Origin: Nitrosopumilus sp.
GTDB lineage: Archaea; Thermoproteota; Nitrososphaeria; Nitrososphaerales; Nitrosopumilaceae
Assembly (NCBI GenBank): GCA_965205425.1
Contig: CBDBGZ010000005.1
Span: 168,670 to 232,669, forward strand
Direction: 5' to 3'
DNA length: 64,000 bases
Of this stretch, positions 10,538-21,456 are shown piece by piece (within the stretch, counting starts at the first letter, position 1; every line of letters begins with the position of its first letter). Position numbers and translations under genes: made by a program. Below the pieces are notes generated by a model. The model was given only the letters and a program-made list of their open reading frames with translations. It had not been told where the DNA came from and did no database searches.

Positions 10538-11455
10538 TTGGATTTGCTTGTAGATCTAAAAAAAGGAAAACGAGGAGCAATTGCAAAAGCAATAACTATT
10601 GTTGAAAATGATCAAAAAGAATCAAAGAAATTATTGAAAAAAATTTTCAAAGATAGTGGTAATTCTATGATTATTGGAATTACTGGTCCAGCTGGTGCAG
10701 GAAAAAGTTCTTTGATTAACAAAACCGCAATTGCTATGAAAAAATTAGGCTCAAAACCTGCTGTCTTGGCAGTTGATCCTACTAGTCATGTAACTGGAGG
10801 TGCCATTTTAGGTGATAGAGTTAGAATGAGTGAATCTACTGATTCAGGAACATACATTCGAAGTATTGCATCTAGAGGTGCAACTGGGGCTGTATCTCGT
10901 TCATTACGAAATAGTATTCGTGTTTTAGAGTATGCTGGATTTAATCCAATCATAATTGAAAGTGTTGGAGCTGGACAAACAGAAGTTGAAATTTCAAATA
11001 TTGCAGACATTACAGTTGTTGTTTTTAATCCAAACACTGGAGATAGTATTCAAACTATCAAGGCTGGTTTAACTGAAATCGGTGATATCTACTTGGTTAA
11101 CAAAAGTGACCTTAGTGGAACTAATCAATTGTTTGATGCTGTCCGTGATTTTATTGGAGATTCTGAGAGGAACCCTGTCATTCTTAAAACATCTGTGAAA
11201 AAAAATTCTGGAATTACTGTATTTGCCAAGACTCTAAAAGATATGATGAAATCTAAAAAGAAACTAAAGGATGAAAAAGACCATGAACGACTTGAGACTG
11301 AACTAAAAGATATTGTTTTAAATAACATTAAAGAAAAAATTGATGACATGCTGATTTATGATAAATCATTTTCAAAATATCTTAAAAAATTACAATCCAA
11401 AAGTATTGATCCATATGACGCAGGAGACAAAATCACAAAATCTTTGTTAAAGTGA
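10538..11455 (+). CDS. meaB: Methylmalonyl-CoA mutase-associated GTPase MeaB
   Basis: GPAGAGKSS, VDPTS, GAILGDRVRM, ESVGAGQ, NKSD; next to the mutase. Confidence 0.93.
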   Translation: MDLLVDLKKGKRGAIAKAITIVENDQKESKKLLKKIFKDSGNSMIIGITGPAGAGKSSLINKTAIAMKKLGSKPAVLAVDPTSHVTGGAILGDRVRMSESTDSGTYIRSIASRGATGAVSRSLRNSIRVLEYAGFNPIIIESVGAGQTEVEISNIADITVVVFNPNTGDSIQTIKAGLTEIGDIYLVNKSDLSGTNQLFDAVRDFIGDSERNPVILKTSVKKNSGITVFAKTLKDMMKSKKKLKDEKDHERLETELKDIVLNNIKEKIDDMLIYDKSFSKYLKKLQSKSIDPYDAGDKITKSLLK

Positions 11456-11461
11456 GATATT

Positions 11462-13063
11462 ATGGCCGCAAAAAAATCTACTAAATCTAAAACACCTGAG
11501 AAGAAAATTTTCACAGATTCTACATACCCTGTAAAACGCGTCTATCAAAAATCCAACAAAAAACGACCCGTTGAGGATGCTGGAAAATATCCTTTCACTA
11601 GAGGAATTCATCCAGGAATGTTCCGAGAAAGATTTTGGACTATGCGGCAGTATTCTGGATTTGGAGATGCCAAACTTACCAATGAACGATTCAAATTCAT
11701 GCTTGAAAAAGGTCAAACTGGTCTTAGTATGGCATTTGACTTGCCAACTCAAATTGGTTATGATTCAGATTCTCCTCAAGCTGAAGGTGAAGTAGGAAAA
11801 GTTGGAGTATCCATTACATCAATCAAAGATATGCAGATTGCCTTTGATGGCATTCCATTAGGAAAAGTTAGTTCATCAATGACCATTAACTCTACAGCAT
11901 CTACATTACTTGCATATTATATTGCAGTTGGAGAATCGCAAGGGTTCAAAAGTCATGAACTTCGTGGAACTACTCAAAATGATATTCTCAAAGAATACAT
12001 TGCAAGAAATACCTACATCTATCCTCCGCAACCATCAATGCGATTAATTGGTGATATGATAGAATATTGTGCAGAAAAAGTTCCTTCATGGTATCCTGTA
12101 TCTATATCTGGGTACCATATGAGAGAAGCTGGTTGTACTGCAACACAAGAAGTTGCATTTACATTGGCTAATGCAATTGCATATATTCAAACTTGTATTG
12201 ATAAAGGATTAAAAATTGATGACTTTGCACCTCGTTTGTCATTTTTCTTTTGTTGTACAATTGAGTTCTTTGAAGAGGTTGCAAAGTTTAGAGTTGCAAG
12301 AAAAGTTTATGCAAAAATATTAAAGGAAAAATTCCATGCAAAGAATCCCCGTTCATTACAATTAAAATTCCATACTCAAACTAGTGGAGAATCATTAACT
12401 GCACAACAACCAAACAACAATATCGTTCGTGTTGCCATTCAGACAATGGCTGCAGTGGCCGGCGGCACTCAATCATTACATACTAACTCTCGTGATGAAG
12501 CACTTGCACTTCCTACTCAAGAGTCTGCCAAAATTGCACTTAGAACCCAGCAAATTGTAGCCCATGAAAGTGGTATTACAAAGACTGCAGATCCACTTGC
12601 TGGTTCATATTATTTGGAAGAATTATGTGATCAAATTGAGGCTGATGTTTGGAAATATCTTAAAAAAATAGAAAAAATGGGTGGCTCTGTAAAGGCAATT
12701 GAGAAAGGATTCTTCCAATCTGAAATCCGTGCAAATGCATACAGATTGAAGAAAGAAACTGATGATGCTGAAAGAGTAATTGTTGGTGTAAACAAGTATG
12801 CCGAAGAAGAAGAACAACCTGAATTATTGAGAATTGATGGTAGAATTGAGATTCAACAAAAGAAAGCACTTAAAAAATTACGTTCTGATAGAGATTCTAA
12901 AAAATTAGAAAAGGCATTATCTGCAATGCAAAGTGCAGCTGACACTGAAGAAAACTTGATGCCCTACATCGTAACTGCTGCTAAAGCATTTGCTACAACT
13001 GGGGAAATTAGTAACACATTCAGAGAAGTCTTTGGTGAATATCGTCCAAAAGAGGTCTTTTAA
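11462..13063 (+). CDS. mcmA: Methylmalonyl-CoA mutase, large subunit
   Basis: YPFTRG, WTMRQY, GTTQNDILKEY, GGTQSLHTNS. Confidence 0.95.
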   Translation: MAAKKSTKSKTPEKKIFTDSTYPVKRVYQKSNKKRPVEDAGKYPFTRGIHPGMFRERFWTMRQYSGFGDAKLTNERFKFMLEKGQTGLSMAFDLPTQIGYDSDSPQAEGEVGKVGVSITSIKDMQIAFDGIPLGKVSSSMTINSTASTLLAYYIAVGESQGFKSHELRGTTQNDILKEYIARNTYIYPPQPSMRLIGDMIEYCAEKVPSWYPVSISGYHMREAGCTATQEVAFTLANAIAYIQTCIDKGLKIDDFAPRLSFFFCCTIEFFEEVAKFRVARKVYAKILKEKFHAKNPRSLQLKFHTQTSGESLTAQQPNNNIVRVAIQTMAAVAGGTQSLHTNSRDEALALPTQESAKIALRTQQIVAHESGITKTADPLAGSYYLEELCDQIEADVWKYLKKIEKMGGSVKAIEKGFFQSEIRANAYRLKKETDDAERVIVGVNKYAEEEEQPELLRIDGRIEIQQKKALKKLRSDRDSKKLEKALSAMQSAADTEENLMPYIVTAAKAFATTGEISNTFREVFGEYRPKEVF

Positions 13064-13070
13064 TTATATT

Positions 13071-13889
13071 CTATTTATTGGATCTTGCAATATAAAAATC
13101 GGCATAAAAATTACCATCATCTTCATATTTTTCAGTATTAATTCCCATGTCCTGTAATAAAGAAACAGTCTGTGCTTTTTCTTTAGAATCTGAAAAATTT
13201 CTTTGACGTATTGGTTTTATGTCGCTTTTTACAATAGAGTAATCATACATCTCAAAAACTTCTTCAATGTCTTTCATACCAAACATTCTAAGAACAGAGA
13301 ATGCAAAAATTGGAGCAGTATATTCTGTTTCAGATTCATTTGAATTAGATTGTCTATTTTTAATTACTTTTAGTAGATTCAAAAATGCCTTGTATCCGAT
13401 ATAACCTACACAACCAGTTGCAATTACTATGTCCATCTTCGGTAATGATTCTAATAAATTTAATTTTTCAGCTTCAAGATCAATATCTATACCTCTTTCA
13501 CACAAATCCATTTCTTCAGAGAATTTTAGCGCCTCTTTTGAAATATCTATTTGATAAAAATTGATGTTATCGTTACTTGTGCATTTTTCAAAGAATTGTT
13601 TAGTTTCTTTCTTTGTAGGTTCAGATCCATTTAAGAAGAAATCACTTAATTCTAACATTGTTAAATTGTATTTCAACAGTGATGAGTTGATACCATACGA
13701 ACTTCCTAAATCTAAAACATTAATGGGTCTAGATAATTTATTTTCAATTTGTTCTATGATGGATGTGTACAGCGGTTTTGTTGAATCTGATATAGAATAT
13801 TTCAACCGCTTCATTTCTTTTAGATATTCATATGGAGAATCCTGTGTGTAGATATCTGTAAAATCTTTTTTCACTTTTAATTCATTCAT
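13071..13889 (-). CDS. Class I SAM-dependent methyltransferase
   Basis: VLDLGSSYG motif I, IDIS, ATGCVGY. Confidence 0.7.
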   Translation of the reverse strand: MNELKVKKDFTDIYTQDSPYEYLKEMKRLKYSISDSTKPLYTSIIEQIENKLSRPINVLDLGSSYGINSSLLKYNLTMLELSDFFLNGSEPTKKETKQFFEKCTSNDNINFYQIDISKEALKFSEEMDLCERGIDIDLEAEKLNLLESLPKMDIVIATGCVGYIGYKAFLNLLKVIKNRQSNSNESETEYTAPIFAFSVLRMFGMKDIEEVFEMYDYSIVKSDIKPIRQRNFSDSKEKAQTVSLLQDMGINTEKYEDDGNFYADFYIARSNK

Positions 13890-14014
13890 GTTGGAGTTAT
13901 AGTATTGTTTGACCCTTAATAAAACCCAATACTGTTACTGGGCACAAAACAAAAATTTTGTAATTTTAAAATTAAATAAATCCATTAATACTGTAAGTTA
14001 AGAAAGTCTTTTAG

Positions 14015-14413
14015 ATGAAAATAGATCATGTTGCCATTGCAGTAAATGATGTTGAAGAATCAGCCAAAGTATACCAACAAGCATTAGGTGTTGATAGTGT
14101 AGAATTTGAAACCGTTGAATCTGAAGGTGTTAAAGTTGCAATTATTCATCTAGAAAATGGTCGAGTAGAGTTAATGCAGCCAACAAATGATGAAAGTCCA
14201 ATTAAGAAATTCTTAGATAAAAAAGGACAAGGACTACATCACATGGCATTGGATACTGATAACATTGAAGGTGAAGTCGAACGTATGGAAGGTTGTGGAA
14301 TCCAGTTTCTAGGTAAGATACGACCTGGTTCAGCTGGCACTAAAGTTACTTTCATTCATCCAAAATCACTTCATGGTGTTTTAGCAGAATTATGTTCCCA
14401 TCCTAAAGAGTGA
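14015..14413 (+). CDS. mce: Methylmalonyl-CoA epimerase
   Basis: IDHVAIAV, GLHHMAL, FIHPKSLHGVLAEL. Confidence 0.93.
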   Translation: MKIDHVAIAVNDVEESAKVYQQALGVDSVEFETVESEGVKVAIIHLENGRVELMQPTNDESPIKKFLDKKGQGLHHMALDTDNIEGEVERMEGCGIQFLGKIRPGSAGTKVTFIHPKSLHGVLAELCSHPKE

Positions 14414-14604
14414 ATTCATTTTTGAGTGACACTGATACTATATCTAAAATTAAATCTCATTTAGAAAAAACAAATGAAATCATTGAAGCTTCAATTGAAC
14501 AAGATTCTTTATTTCACGATTCTTCTAAAAATAAAATTTTCAAACTGTGGCTGGAATCTAATCATTTTGCATTAAATATTTTAAAACAAAATTCTAAAGA
14601 ATAA
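14410..14604 (+). CDS. Small hypothetical protein
   Basis: 64-aa ORF overlapping the mce stop (GTGA). Confidence 0.5.
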   Translation: MNSFLSDTDTISKIKSHLEKTNEIIEASIEQDSLFHDSSKNKIFKLWLESNHFALNILKQNSKE

Positions 14605-15162
14605 TTATTCCATCATTTTCAAAGTATCTGAAGCTGTAATTATGCCTATGATTTTAGACTTTTTTGAAACTAGTATACATTTGGAATATCTTATCAATGG
14701 AACTAAAACGTTTGCCGGTGTATCAAAATCTACAATTGGTGGAACTGATTCCATTGTATCTGCTAATTTTGCTTTTTTTAATTCTGCTTCACCTAAATCT
14801 GCCAAATGCTTTACAATTCCATCTTCTGATACTACTCCTACTACGTCTGAATTATTGAAAATTGGAATTTGGCTAATTGATGATTGATGCATTTTTTTAA
14901 TTGCATCGTGTAGTGTATTTGTTGGTTTTAATTTCACAATATCCTTACTACAAAAATCTCCGGCTGTATGTGATGATGACTCTCCCTCTAGTTTTGCGAG
15001 ACTCTCAAAAATCTTTTTAGCAGTATCATAACTTGGTTGACTTCTGCCTGATTCAATTTGATTAATCATTGAAGTACTAACTCCTGTCATAGTTGCTAAT
15101 TTTTTTTGAGTAATGCCAATTTTTTGCCTGATTTGTTTAATGGACTCTATTCTTGGAAGCAA
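14605..15162 (-). CDS. XRE-HTH / CBS-domain transcriptional regulator
   Basis: ITQKKLA...SMINQIESGR HTH followed by a CBS pair. Confidence 0.9.
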   Translation of the reverse strand: MLPRIESIKQIRQKIGITQKKLATMTGVSTSMINQIESGRSQPSYDTAKKIFESLAKLEGESSSHTAGDFCSKDIVKLKPTNTLHDAIKKMHQSSISQIPIFNNSDVVGVVSEDGIVKHLADLGEAELKKAKLADTMESVPPIVDFDTPANVLVPLIRYSKCILVSKKSKIIGIITASDTLKMME

Positions 15163-15199
15163 TTAGATTTGAAATAGATGTGGTTGGTTTTAAAATGTA

Positions 15200-17872
15200 T
15201 TATTTTTTAGATTTCTTTTTTGGTTGCTCAATTGCTGCCTGTGCTGCTGCTACTATGGCAATTGGAATTCTATGTGGGGATGCACTAACATAACTTAGAC
15301 CTGCACCGTGGCAAAATTTGATAGAACTAGGATCCCCTCCATGTTCTCCACAAATTCCAACTTCCATGTTTGGTCTGAGTGTTCTTCCTGCAGCAACTCC
15401 AATTTTGATTAAACTACCTACACCGTTGACATCAATTGATTGGAATGGATTTCTTTCAAGTAACTCTTTTTCTATGTATTCTGGAAGGAATTTCCCTTCT
15501 ACATCTTCTCTACTGAAACTAAATGTCCCTTGTGTAAGATCATTTGTACCAAAACTAAAGAATTCTGCTGTAGTTGCAAGTTCATTTGCAGTAAGTGCTG
15601 CCCTTACAACTTCAATCATGGTTCCAAAGTTAATCTTTAATTTCATTTTGTGCTTTGATTCTGTTTCTTTCTTGATAGCATCATAAATTTTCTTGATATG
15701 ATTTAGTTCTGCAATACTACTAATTTGTGGAATCATAATTTGAGGATGTGCTTTGACTTTCTTTTTTGTCAATTCCACTAATGCATCAAAGACTGCACGA
15801 ATTTGCATTTCATAGATTTCGGGATATGTAATTCCTACACGAACTCCTCTATGTCCCATCATTGGATTAATCTCTGCTAGTTCTCTTGCTCTTTTCAAAA
15901 CAATTTTTGCTTGTTTAATTTCATTTGTTTTTCCACTTGATTCTAATTTCTGAATCTTTTCAACTAATTCTTCTGGATTAGGTAAGAATTCATGTAAAGG
16001 CGGATCTAATAATCTAATTGTCACTTCATAACCTTCCATAGCTTTTAGAATTTCAATAAAGTCACTTTTTTGTAATTGACCTAATTTCTTTAATATTTTA
16101 TTTCGTTCTTCAATGTTTTCAGCCATGATCATTTCTACAAACAAGTTAATTCTATCGCTACCGTTGAACATTCTTTCTGTTCTACATAATCCAATTCCTT
16201 GACCTCCAAACTGTCTTGCAAGCTTTGCACCTTCTGGAGTATCTGCATTTGCTCTAATTCCTATCTTTTTTGCTTTTTGGGCCCAATCTAAAATCTGTTC
16301 AAAGTCTTTTGTTACTTTTGGTTCTACTGTTGGTACCCCTCCGATAAAGACAGTACCTGCACTTCCATCGATGGTAATTGTTTCACCACCATTGATTGTC
16401 ACTCCATTTGCAGTACATGTGTTATTATCATAATCAATTTTTAATTCCGGACATCCTACTATACACGGCTTTCCCATTCCTCTTGAAACAATTGCTGCAT
16501 GGGATGATTTTCCTCCTAAACTAGTCAAAATCCCTTCTGATGAAAAGAATGCAGGAACGTCCTCTGGTTTTGTTTCTTTTCTTACTAAGATGATTTTATT
16601 TCCAGCGTCTCCTAATTCTATTGCTTTTTTAACATCAAATTCTACTATTCCACTTGCTGCTCCTGGAGAGGCTGCAATTCCTTTTGCTAATTGTTTATAA
16701 TTTTCAATTTTAGACTCATCCATTGTTCTATGTAGTAGTGCTTCTAATTGTTGTGCTGGAATTCTTGTAAGTGCTTTATCTTTACTGATTAATTTTTCTT
16801 TAACCATGTCAACTGATGTTTTTACTAATGCAGATGCACTCATCTTTGCAGTTCTTGTTTGTAATAGGTAAAATTTCCCTTGTTCAATAGTAAATTCAAT
16901 ATCTTGCGGTTCTCTGAAATGTTTTTCTAGTTTTGTGCATGCATTGCTTAATTCTTTATGTGATTTTGGCATGTCTTTCTTTAGTAATTCTATACTCTTT
17001 CCTGTCCTTACTCCTGCAACAACATCTTCTCCTTGGGCGTTGATTAGGTATTCTCCCTCGATCTCTTTTTTACCATTATGACCATTTCTTGTAAATACTA
17101 CGCCTGTTGCACTATCATCTCCCATGTTTCCAAATACCATTGTAACTACGTTAACTGCAGTTCCATTTGCAATATCTTTAGTAATGTTATTTTTCTCTCG
17201 ATAAACTATTGCTCTTTCTCCCATCCAACTTTTGAAAACAGCTTCTATCGATAATACTAATTGCTCATCAGGCGTATCTGGAAATTTTCTTTTGGTATGT
17301 TCCTCACAGATTTTTTTATATTCTGATACAATTTTTTTTAATGATTCTACATTTAGTTTACTATCATCAGAAACTCCTTGTTTCGTTTTTGCTGAATCTA
17401 AGACATGATCAAATTTTTCATCATTTACTCCAAATACTACTTTTCCAAATAATTGAATAAATCTTCGATATGAATCCCATAAAAACCGTGGATTCTTTGT
17501 TTGTTCTGCAAATCCTTCTACTGTTTTTTCATTTAATCCTAAATTCAAAATTGTATCCATCATTCCTGGCATTGAGATTGCTGCCCCTGAACGAACTGAA
17601 ACTAATAATGGGTTCTTTGTTGAATTCCATTTTTTACCTGTCTTTTTTTCCATTTTTGCAATATTTTTCATTACTGCTGGCATGACATCTTTTGGAAGTT
17701 TTTTGTTGTTATCATAATACTTGTTACAAACTTCAGTTGTGATCGTGAATCCTGGAGGTACTGGTAGTTTTAGTTGAGTCATCTCGCTTAATCCTGCCCC
17801 TTTTCCTCCTAGAAGCATTCTCTTTTTACTGTCTGCTTCTTCAAATGCATAAACTGGTTTGTTTTTTACCAT
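15200..17872 (-). CDS. ppdK: Pyruvate, phosphate dikinase
   Basis: LGGKGAGL, SVRSGA, GGKSSHAAIVSR, FSFGTNDLTQ, GICGEHGGDP. Confidence 0.97.
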   Translation of the reverse strand: MVKNKPVYAFEEADSKKRMLLGGKGAGLSEMTQLKLPVPPGFTITTEVCNKYYDNNKKLPKDVMPAVMKNIAKMEKKTGKKWNSTKNPLLVSVRSGAAISMPGMMDTILNLGLNEKTVEGFAEQTKNPRFLWDSYRRFIQLFGKVVFGVNDEKFDHVLDSAKTKQGVSDDSKLNVESLKKIVSEYKKICEEHTKRKFPDTPDEQLVLSIEAVFKSWMGERAIVYREKNNITKDIANGTAVNVVTMVFGNMGDDSATGVVFTRNGHNGKKEIEGEYLINAQGEDVVAGVRTGKSIELLKKDMPKSHKELSNACTKLEKHFREPQDIEFTIEQGKFYLLQTRTAKMSASALVKTSVDMVKEKLISKDKALTRIPAQQLEALLHRTMDESKIENYKQLAKGIAASPGAASGIVEFDVKKAIELGDAGNKIILVRKETKPEDVPAFFSSEGILTSLGGKSSHAAIVSRGMGKPCIVGCPELKIDYDNNTCTANGVTINGGETITIDGSAGTVFIGGVPTVEPKVTKDFEQILDWAQKAKKIGIRANADTPEGAKLARQFGGQGIGLCRTERMFNGSDRINLFVEMIMAENIEERNKILKKLGQLQKSDFIEILKAMEGYEVTIRLLDPPLHEFLPNPEELVEKIQKLESSGKTNEIKQAKIVLKRARELAEINPMMGHRGVRVGITYPEIYEMQIRAVFDALVELTKKKVKAHPQIMIPQISSIAELNHIKKIYDAIKKETESKHKMKLKINFGTMIEVVRAALTANELATTAEFFSFGTNDLTQGTFSFSREDVEGKFLPEYIEKELLERNPFQSIDVNGVGSLIKIGVAAGRTLRPNMEVGICGEHGGDPSSIKFCHGAGLSYVSASPHRIPIAIVAAAQAAIEQPKKKSKK

Positions 17873-17899
17873 GCAAAATTTTGTAAATTATTTGGCTTT

Positions 17900-18556
17900 T
17901 TAAACTAATGCCTTAGCAAATTCAGAAATTACTTTATCCCAGTTTTTTGCTTTAATTATTCCGCTTGCTACTAGGATCCCCTCTGATCCTAACTCTGCTG
18001 CTTTTGATACATCTTCTCCTGATACAATACCTGCACCACAAAGTAATTTTGTTTTATTTTTTGAATTATTTACTATGCTTGCAGCTTTTGCAATTAATTC
18101 TGGTTTTTCTTTAGAAACTGCCTTACCTGATCCAATTAATTCTGGTGGCTCTATTGCAATATAATCTGGATTTAATCTTACATATTTTTTGACTTCTGCA
18201 ACATCTTTTACACATAGAATTGATATCATTTTTAGTTCTTTTAATTTCAAAATCAATTTTTCAATCTCTTTACTTGCAATTCTATGTTCGCTGTGGTTAA
18301 TCAATGAACCTTTTACTTTGGATTTTTTTAATAATTCTGGAATAACAAAACCTGTTGTACTTCCAACTTTTGAATCATCAACATGTTGAGCTAAAATTGG
18401 AATTGAACTATTTGATACTAGACCGATTAAATGTTGTGGTGGAGAAATTGCTATTTTTACTTTGTATTTTTTAGAAATTTTTTCTGCTGTTTTTACAAAT
18501 TTAATTATTTTATCTCCTGCAATTTCTTCATAATTTTTACAATTAATTACAAACAT
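17900..18556 (-). CDS. tpiA: Triosephosphate isomerase (archaeal type)
   Basis: INCKNY, NHSEHR, EPPELIGSG, LVASG. Confidence 0.95.
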   Translation of the reverse strand: MFVINCKNYEEIAGDKIIKFVKTAEKISKKYKVKIAISPPQHLIGLVSNSSIPILAQHVDDSKVGSTTGFVIPELLKKSKVKGSLINHSEHRIASKEIEKLILKLKELKMISILCVKDVAEVKKYVRLNPDYIAIEPPELIGSGKAVSKEKPELIAKAASIVNNSKNKTKLLCGAGIVSGEDVSKAAELGSEGILVASGIIKAKNWDKVISEFAKALV

Positions 18557-18600
18557 CTTTCTTTGAAATTTTCTGCATTGTATTTATTCCTTGATTATAA

Positions 18601-18885
18601 TTATGGTGTTTTTGCTTGTCTGTCATATCTTTTTTTCATTCCTAATACGATTATCATTAAGATTAATCCTGACATGTTTGTACCTATGATAAATACATCT
18701 TCTACGATAATTCCATAAATCAGCCACAAAATTGAACCTGCAGCAATGAAAATCATTAGGAATTTTGAAACATCTTTGAGTCTTTTTGTCTTGTACCCTT
18801 TGTAGATTTGTTCGACCCATCCCATCAAAATCAAAATTCCTGCTGCTATTCCTAACATTGTTAGAAGTGTTCCATCAACTTCCAT
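18601..18885 (-). CDS. SemiSWEET / PQ-loop family 3-TM protein
   Basis: QIYKGYKTKRLKDVS...LWLIYG...IIGTN. Confidence 0.8.
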   Translation of the reverse strand: MEVDGTLLTMLGIAAGILILMGWVEQIYKGYKTKRLKDVSKFLMIFIAAGSILWLIYGIIVEDVFIIGTNMSGLILMIIVLGMKKRYDRQAKTP

Positions 18886-18893
18886 TTTTTATT

Positions 18894-21452
18894 CTAACTC
18901 CAAAAGAATTCATCTAATCCAGTTTGTTTTGGTTTTCCTAACATTGTATCAAAATCCAAATCCATTGAAGCTGTAATTTGTTCTAGCGTTGATTCTAAAA
19001 ATTCCATATATTTTTTGGAATCAATCTCTTCTTTTTTTGCCAGTTCTACTGGTTTTACGCCTGGTTTGTTTAGAATTTTGATAAACGATATTTTATCTCC
19101 TTTTTTTATTTCTCTAATTGATTCTAATTGTTTTGCAGCTCTGATGTGCTGAGGAATAGTTTTAATATATTCTGATGGTGCCTTGCTTAGCATCACATTG
19201 AATGTTAAATCCTCTAGTGGGATTTCTTTTGCTTCTACTTTTTTACCACATGTTGCAATTTTTTCTGAAATTTCTTGTTTTGCTTTTACAAAGTCTTCCA
19301 TAGTTTGAACTTTGGATAGCACATCAATTAATTCATAGAATAAATTTTTGATAAATGCTGGAGTGTGTGATTTTTTACCTGTTAATCCTTTGACATCTAC
19401 TTTGCCTGATTTTGTAACCCCTAGATAGTTTTTCTTTCTATTACTTAATACACAATATCTGTATGTTTTATCAATCTCTAAATCTACTCCGTGGTCTTTC
19501 TTTGCTTGGTCTATTACAATCTGAATTTGTTCCTTTGTTGGATTTTTGATAAACAGTGAATCTGTATCTCCATAAAGAACTTCTATTCCAGCTTCTTCAC
19601 ATTTTTTAATTGTCTCTAAAATTGTATGTCTCCCAATAGCTGTAGTTGCCTCTGCTACTGGTAGGAAATACAATGGAAATATTTCAGCACCCATTACCCC
19701 ATAGCTGGCATTTAGAATTACTTTGAGTGCTTGACTGACTACTGTATACTGCTGTCTTTGATCATCCGTAAGTGTCTCTTTTTTTGATAAACTCTTGTAA
19801 TAATTTACTCTCAAATCCCTCAATGACCCAATGATCATTGATGTTAGACCATTTTTCTTTGTACAAGCCCAATGATTCGTTCCTGGTATTGTATTTGTTT
19901 TACATTCTTCATGAGGGCATCTTACTGTTTCATATGATAGATTTCGAACTTTGATAATACTTGGATATAGACTTGCAAAATCCATCACGACAACATCAAA
20001 ATGAATTCCTTCTTTTGGCTCGACAACAAGACCTCCTCGATATTTTTTATCTTTGATGACTGCATCTGACATAACTCCTTCTGATCTTCTTTGCAATTCT
20101 TCTCGTTTTGGAATTAAGCAGTTTCTTCGTCTATGTTCATAATACAATAAACTTCTAATCCATTGCGATACTCCCATCCTTGCAATATCATCAATTGGCA
20201 TTCTGCCTATTCTTGCAATGATTACAAGCAAGTCCATCATCAAATCTTTGTTAAAACTGGTTAGTTCGTATGTTAGCAGGGCATCATTGTAACAATAATT
20301 TGCAGTTTGATACAATGATAATTCATCAAACTCTAATCCATAGTCTATCTTTTCTTTTCCTAACAATGCCTTTGATACACTGTTTAGAGAAAAATCCGTA
20401 TACTTTTGACTAAATGCATAGATTTGAAATGAACGATTTGAGAGAACTTTGTACAAATCAAGATGAACTCCTTCTTTGAGAGTGGCTGAATCTCTCATCA
20501 TGTATAATGGATTTTCTATTTTTTTTATTCCTAATCTTTCTGCTCTGTTATACAGGTATGGTAAATCAAATTCATCTCCATTGTATGTGAGAACAAATGG
20601 AAATGATTTGATGATTTGAAATGCATCTTGTATCATTTCTTTTTCTTTATCTAAATCATAAAATGTGACTTTGATGTTTTGCTCTAATTCATTTGTTCCT
20701 TGTTCAGTTCCTTCTGTTTTGAGCACAAAAATCTGATCAAATCCATCAGAACCTTTCAATCCTATGGCTGTAACTTTCTTTTCTGCTAGTTTTGGGTCTG
20801 GAATCCTGCCAATTTCTGCCTCTACTTCTATATCTACACTTAATCGTTTTATTTTTGGAATTGGTTGGTTTAACAAATCTGCCCATTCAGAAATATATTT
20901 TTTAAACTCTTCTGCATCAACCATACTTTCACTATCTACTTTATCCCAGAGTAAACTTTTCAGAGCTAGTTTGACTTCATCTGAGATTTCTAGATCATGT
21001 TGTTTTATTTTTCCATCTACAATTTCATAATATTTTCCAACGATTATTTTTCTATCATACAAATAATTTTCATAATATTTGATATCTGATTCCCATGTTT
21101 CTATCACATTTCTGATACTTTTATCTCCTGCAGTTCCTCCTATGGTGAGAGGATCTGCAACAGTAATCTTTGACATGTCTATTTCATTGTCTTTCATCAA
21201 ATCATATCGTTGCACCGTTTTAATCTCTAAAACATCTTCTCTCTCTTGAAGAAAATCTAACTCATCTGGTGCTAATCTTGAATAACAATATGGTTTATGA
21301 CCAATTTCATCTTTCCATAAGAATAATTCTTTAGATTTAGGTTCATAGAATTTTAAAACTGCTGATCTTGAAATGTTGTCATATGTTGCAGATACTAACA
21401 TTGATGCTGGCATTGAATCAATCTTTTTAGTTTCTGGCAAATTTACTTGCAT
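18894..21452 (-). CDS. polB: Family B DNA polymerase (PolB1 type)
   Basis: DIEV exonuclease motif, DFASLYPS, KVILNASYG, YGDTDS. Confidence 0.97.
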   Translation of the reverse strand: MQVNLPETKKIDSMPASMLVSATYDNISRSAVLKFYEPKSKELFLWKDEIGHKPYCYSRLAPDELDFLQEREDVLEIKTVQRYDLMKDNEIDMSKITVADPLTIGGTAGDKSIRNVIETWESDIKYYENYLYDRKIIVGKYYEIVDGKIKQHDLEISDEVKLALKSLLWDKVDSESMVDAEEFKKYISEWADLLNQPIPKIKRLSVDIEVEAEIGRIPDPKLAEKKVTAIGLKGSDGFDQIFVLKTEGTEQGTNELEQNIKVTFYDLDKEKEMIQDAFQIIKSFPFVLTYNGDEFDLPYLYNRAERLGIKKIENPLYMMRDSATLKEGVHLDLYKVLSNRSFQIYAFSQKYTDFSLNSVSKALLGKEKIDYGLEFDELSLYQTANYCYNDALLTYELTSFNKDLMMDLLVIIARIGRMPIDDIARMGVSQWIRSLLYYEHRRRNCLIPKREELQRRSEGVMSDAVIKDKKYRGGLVVEPKEGIHFDVVVMDFASLYPSIIKVRNLSYETVRCPHEECKTNTIPGTNHWACTKKNGLTSMIIGSLRDLRVNYYKSLSKKETLTDDQRQQYTVVSQALKVILNASYGVMGAEIFPLYFLPVAEATTAIGRHTILETIKKCEEAGIEVLYGDTDSLFIKNPTKEQIQIVIDQAKKDHGVDLEIDKTYRYCVLSNRKKNYLGVTKSGKVDVKGLTGKKSHTPAFIKNLFYELIDVLSKVQTMEDFVKAKQEISEKIATCGKKVEAKEIPLEDLTFNVMLSKAPSEYIKTIPQHIRAAKQLESIREIKKGDKISFIKILNKPGVKPVELAKKEEIDSKKYMEFLESTLEQITASMDLDFDTMLGKPKQTGLDEFFWS

Positions 21453-21456
21453 TTTC

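Noticed and set aside
18894..21452. Intein or split in PolB
   Set aside because: Continuous ORF of ordinary length with intact motifs
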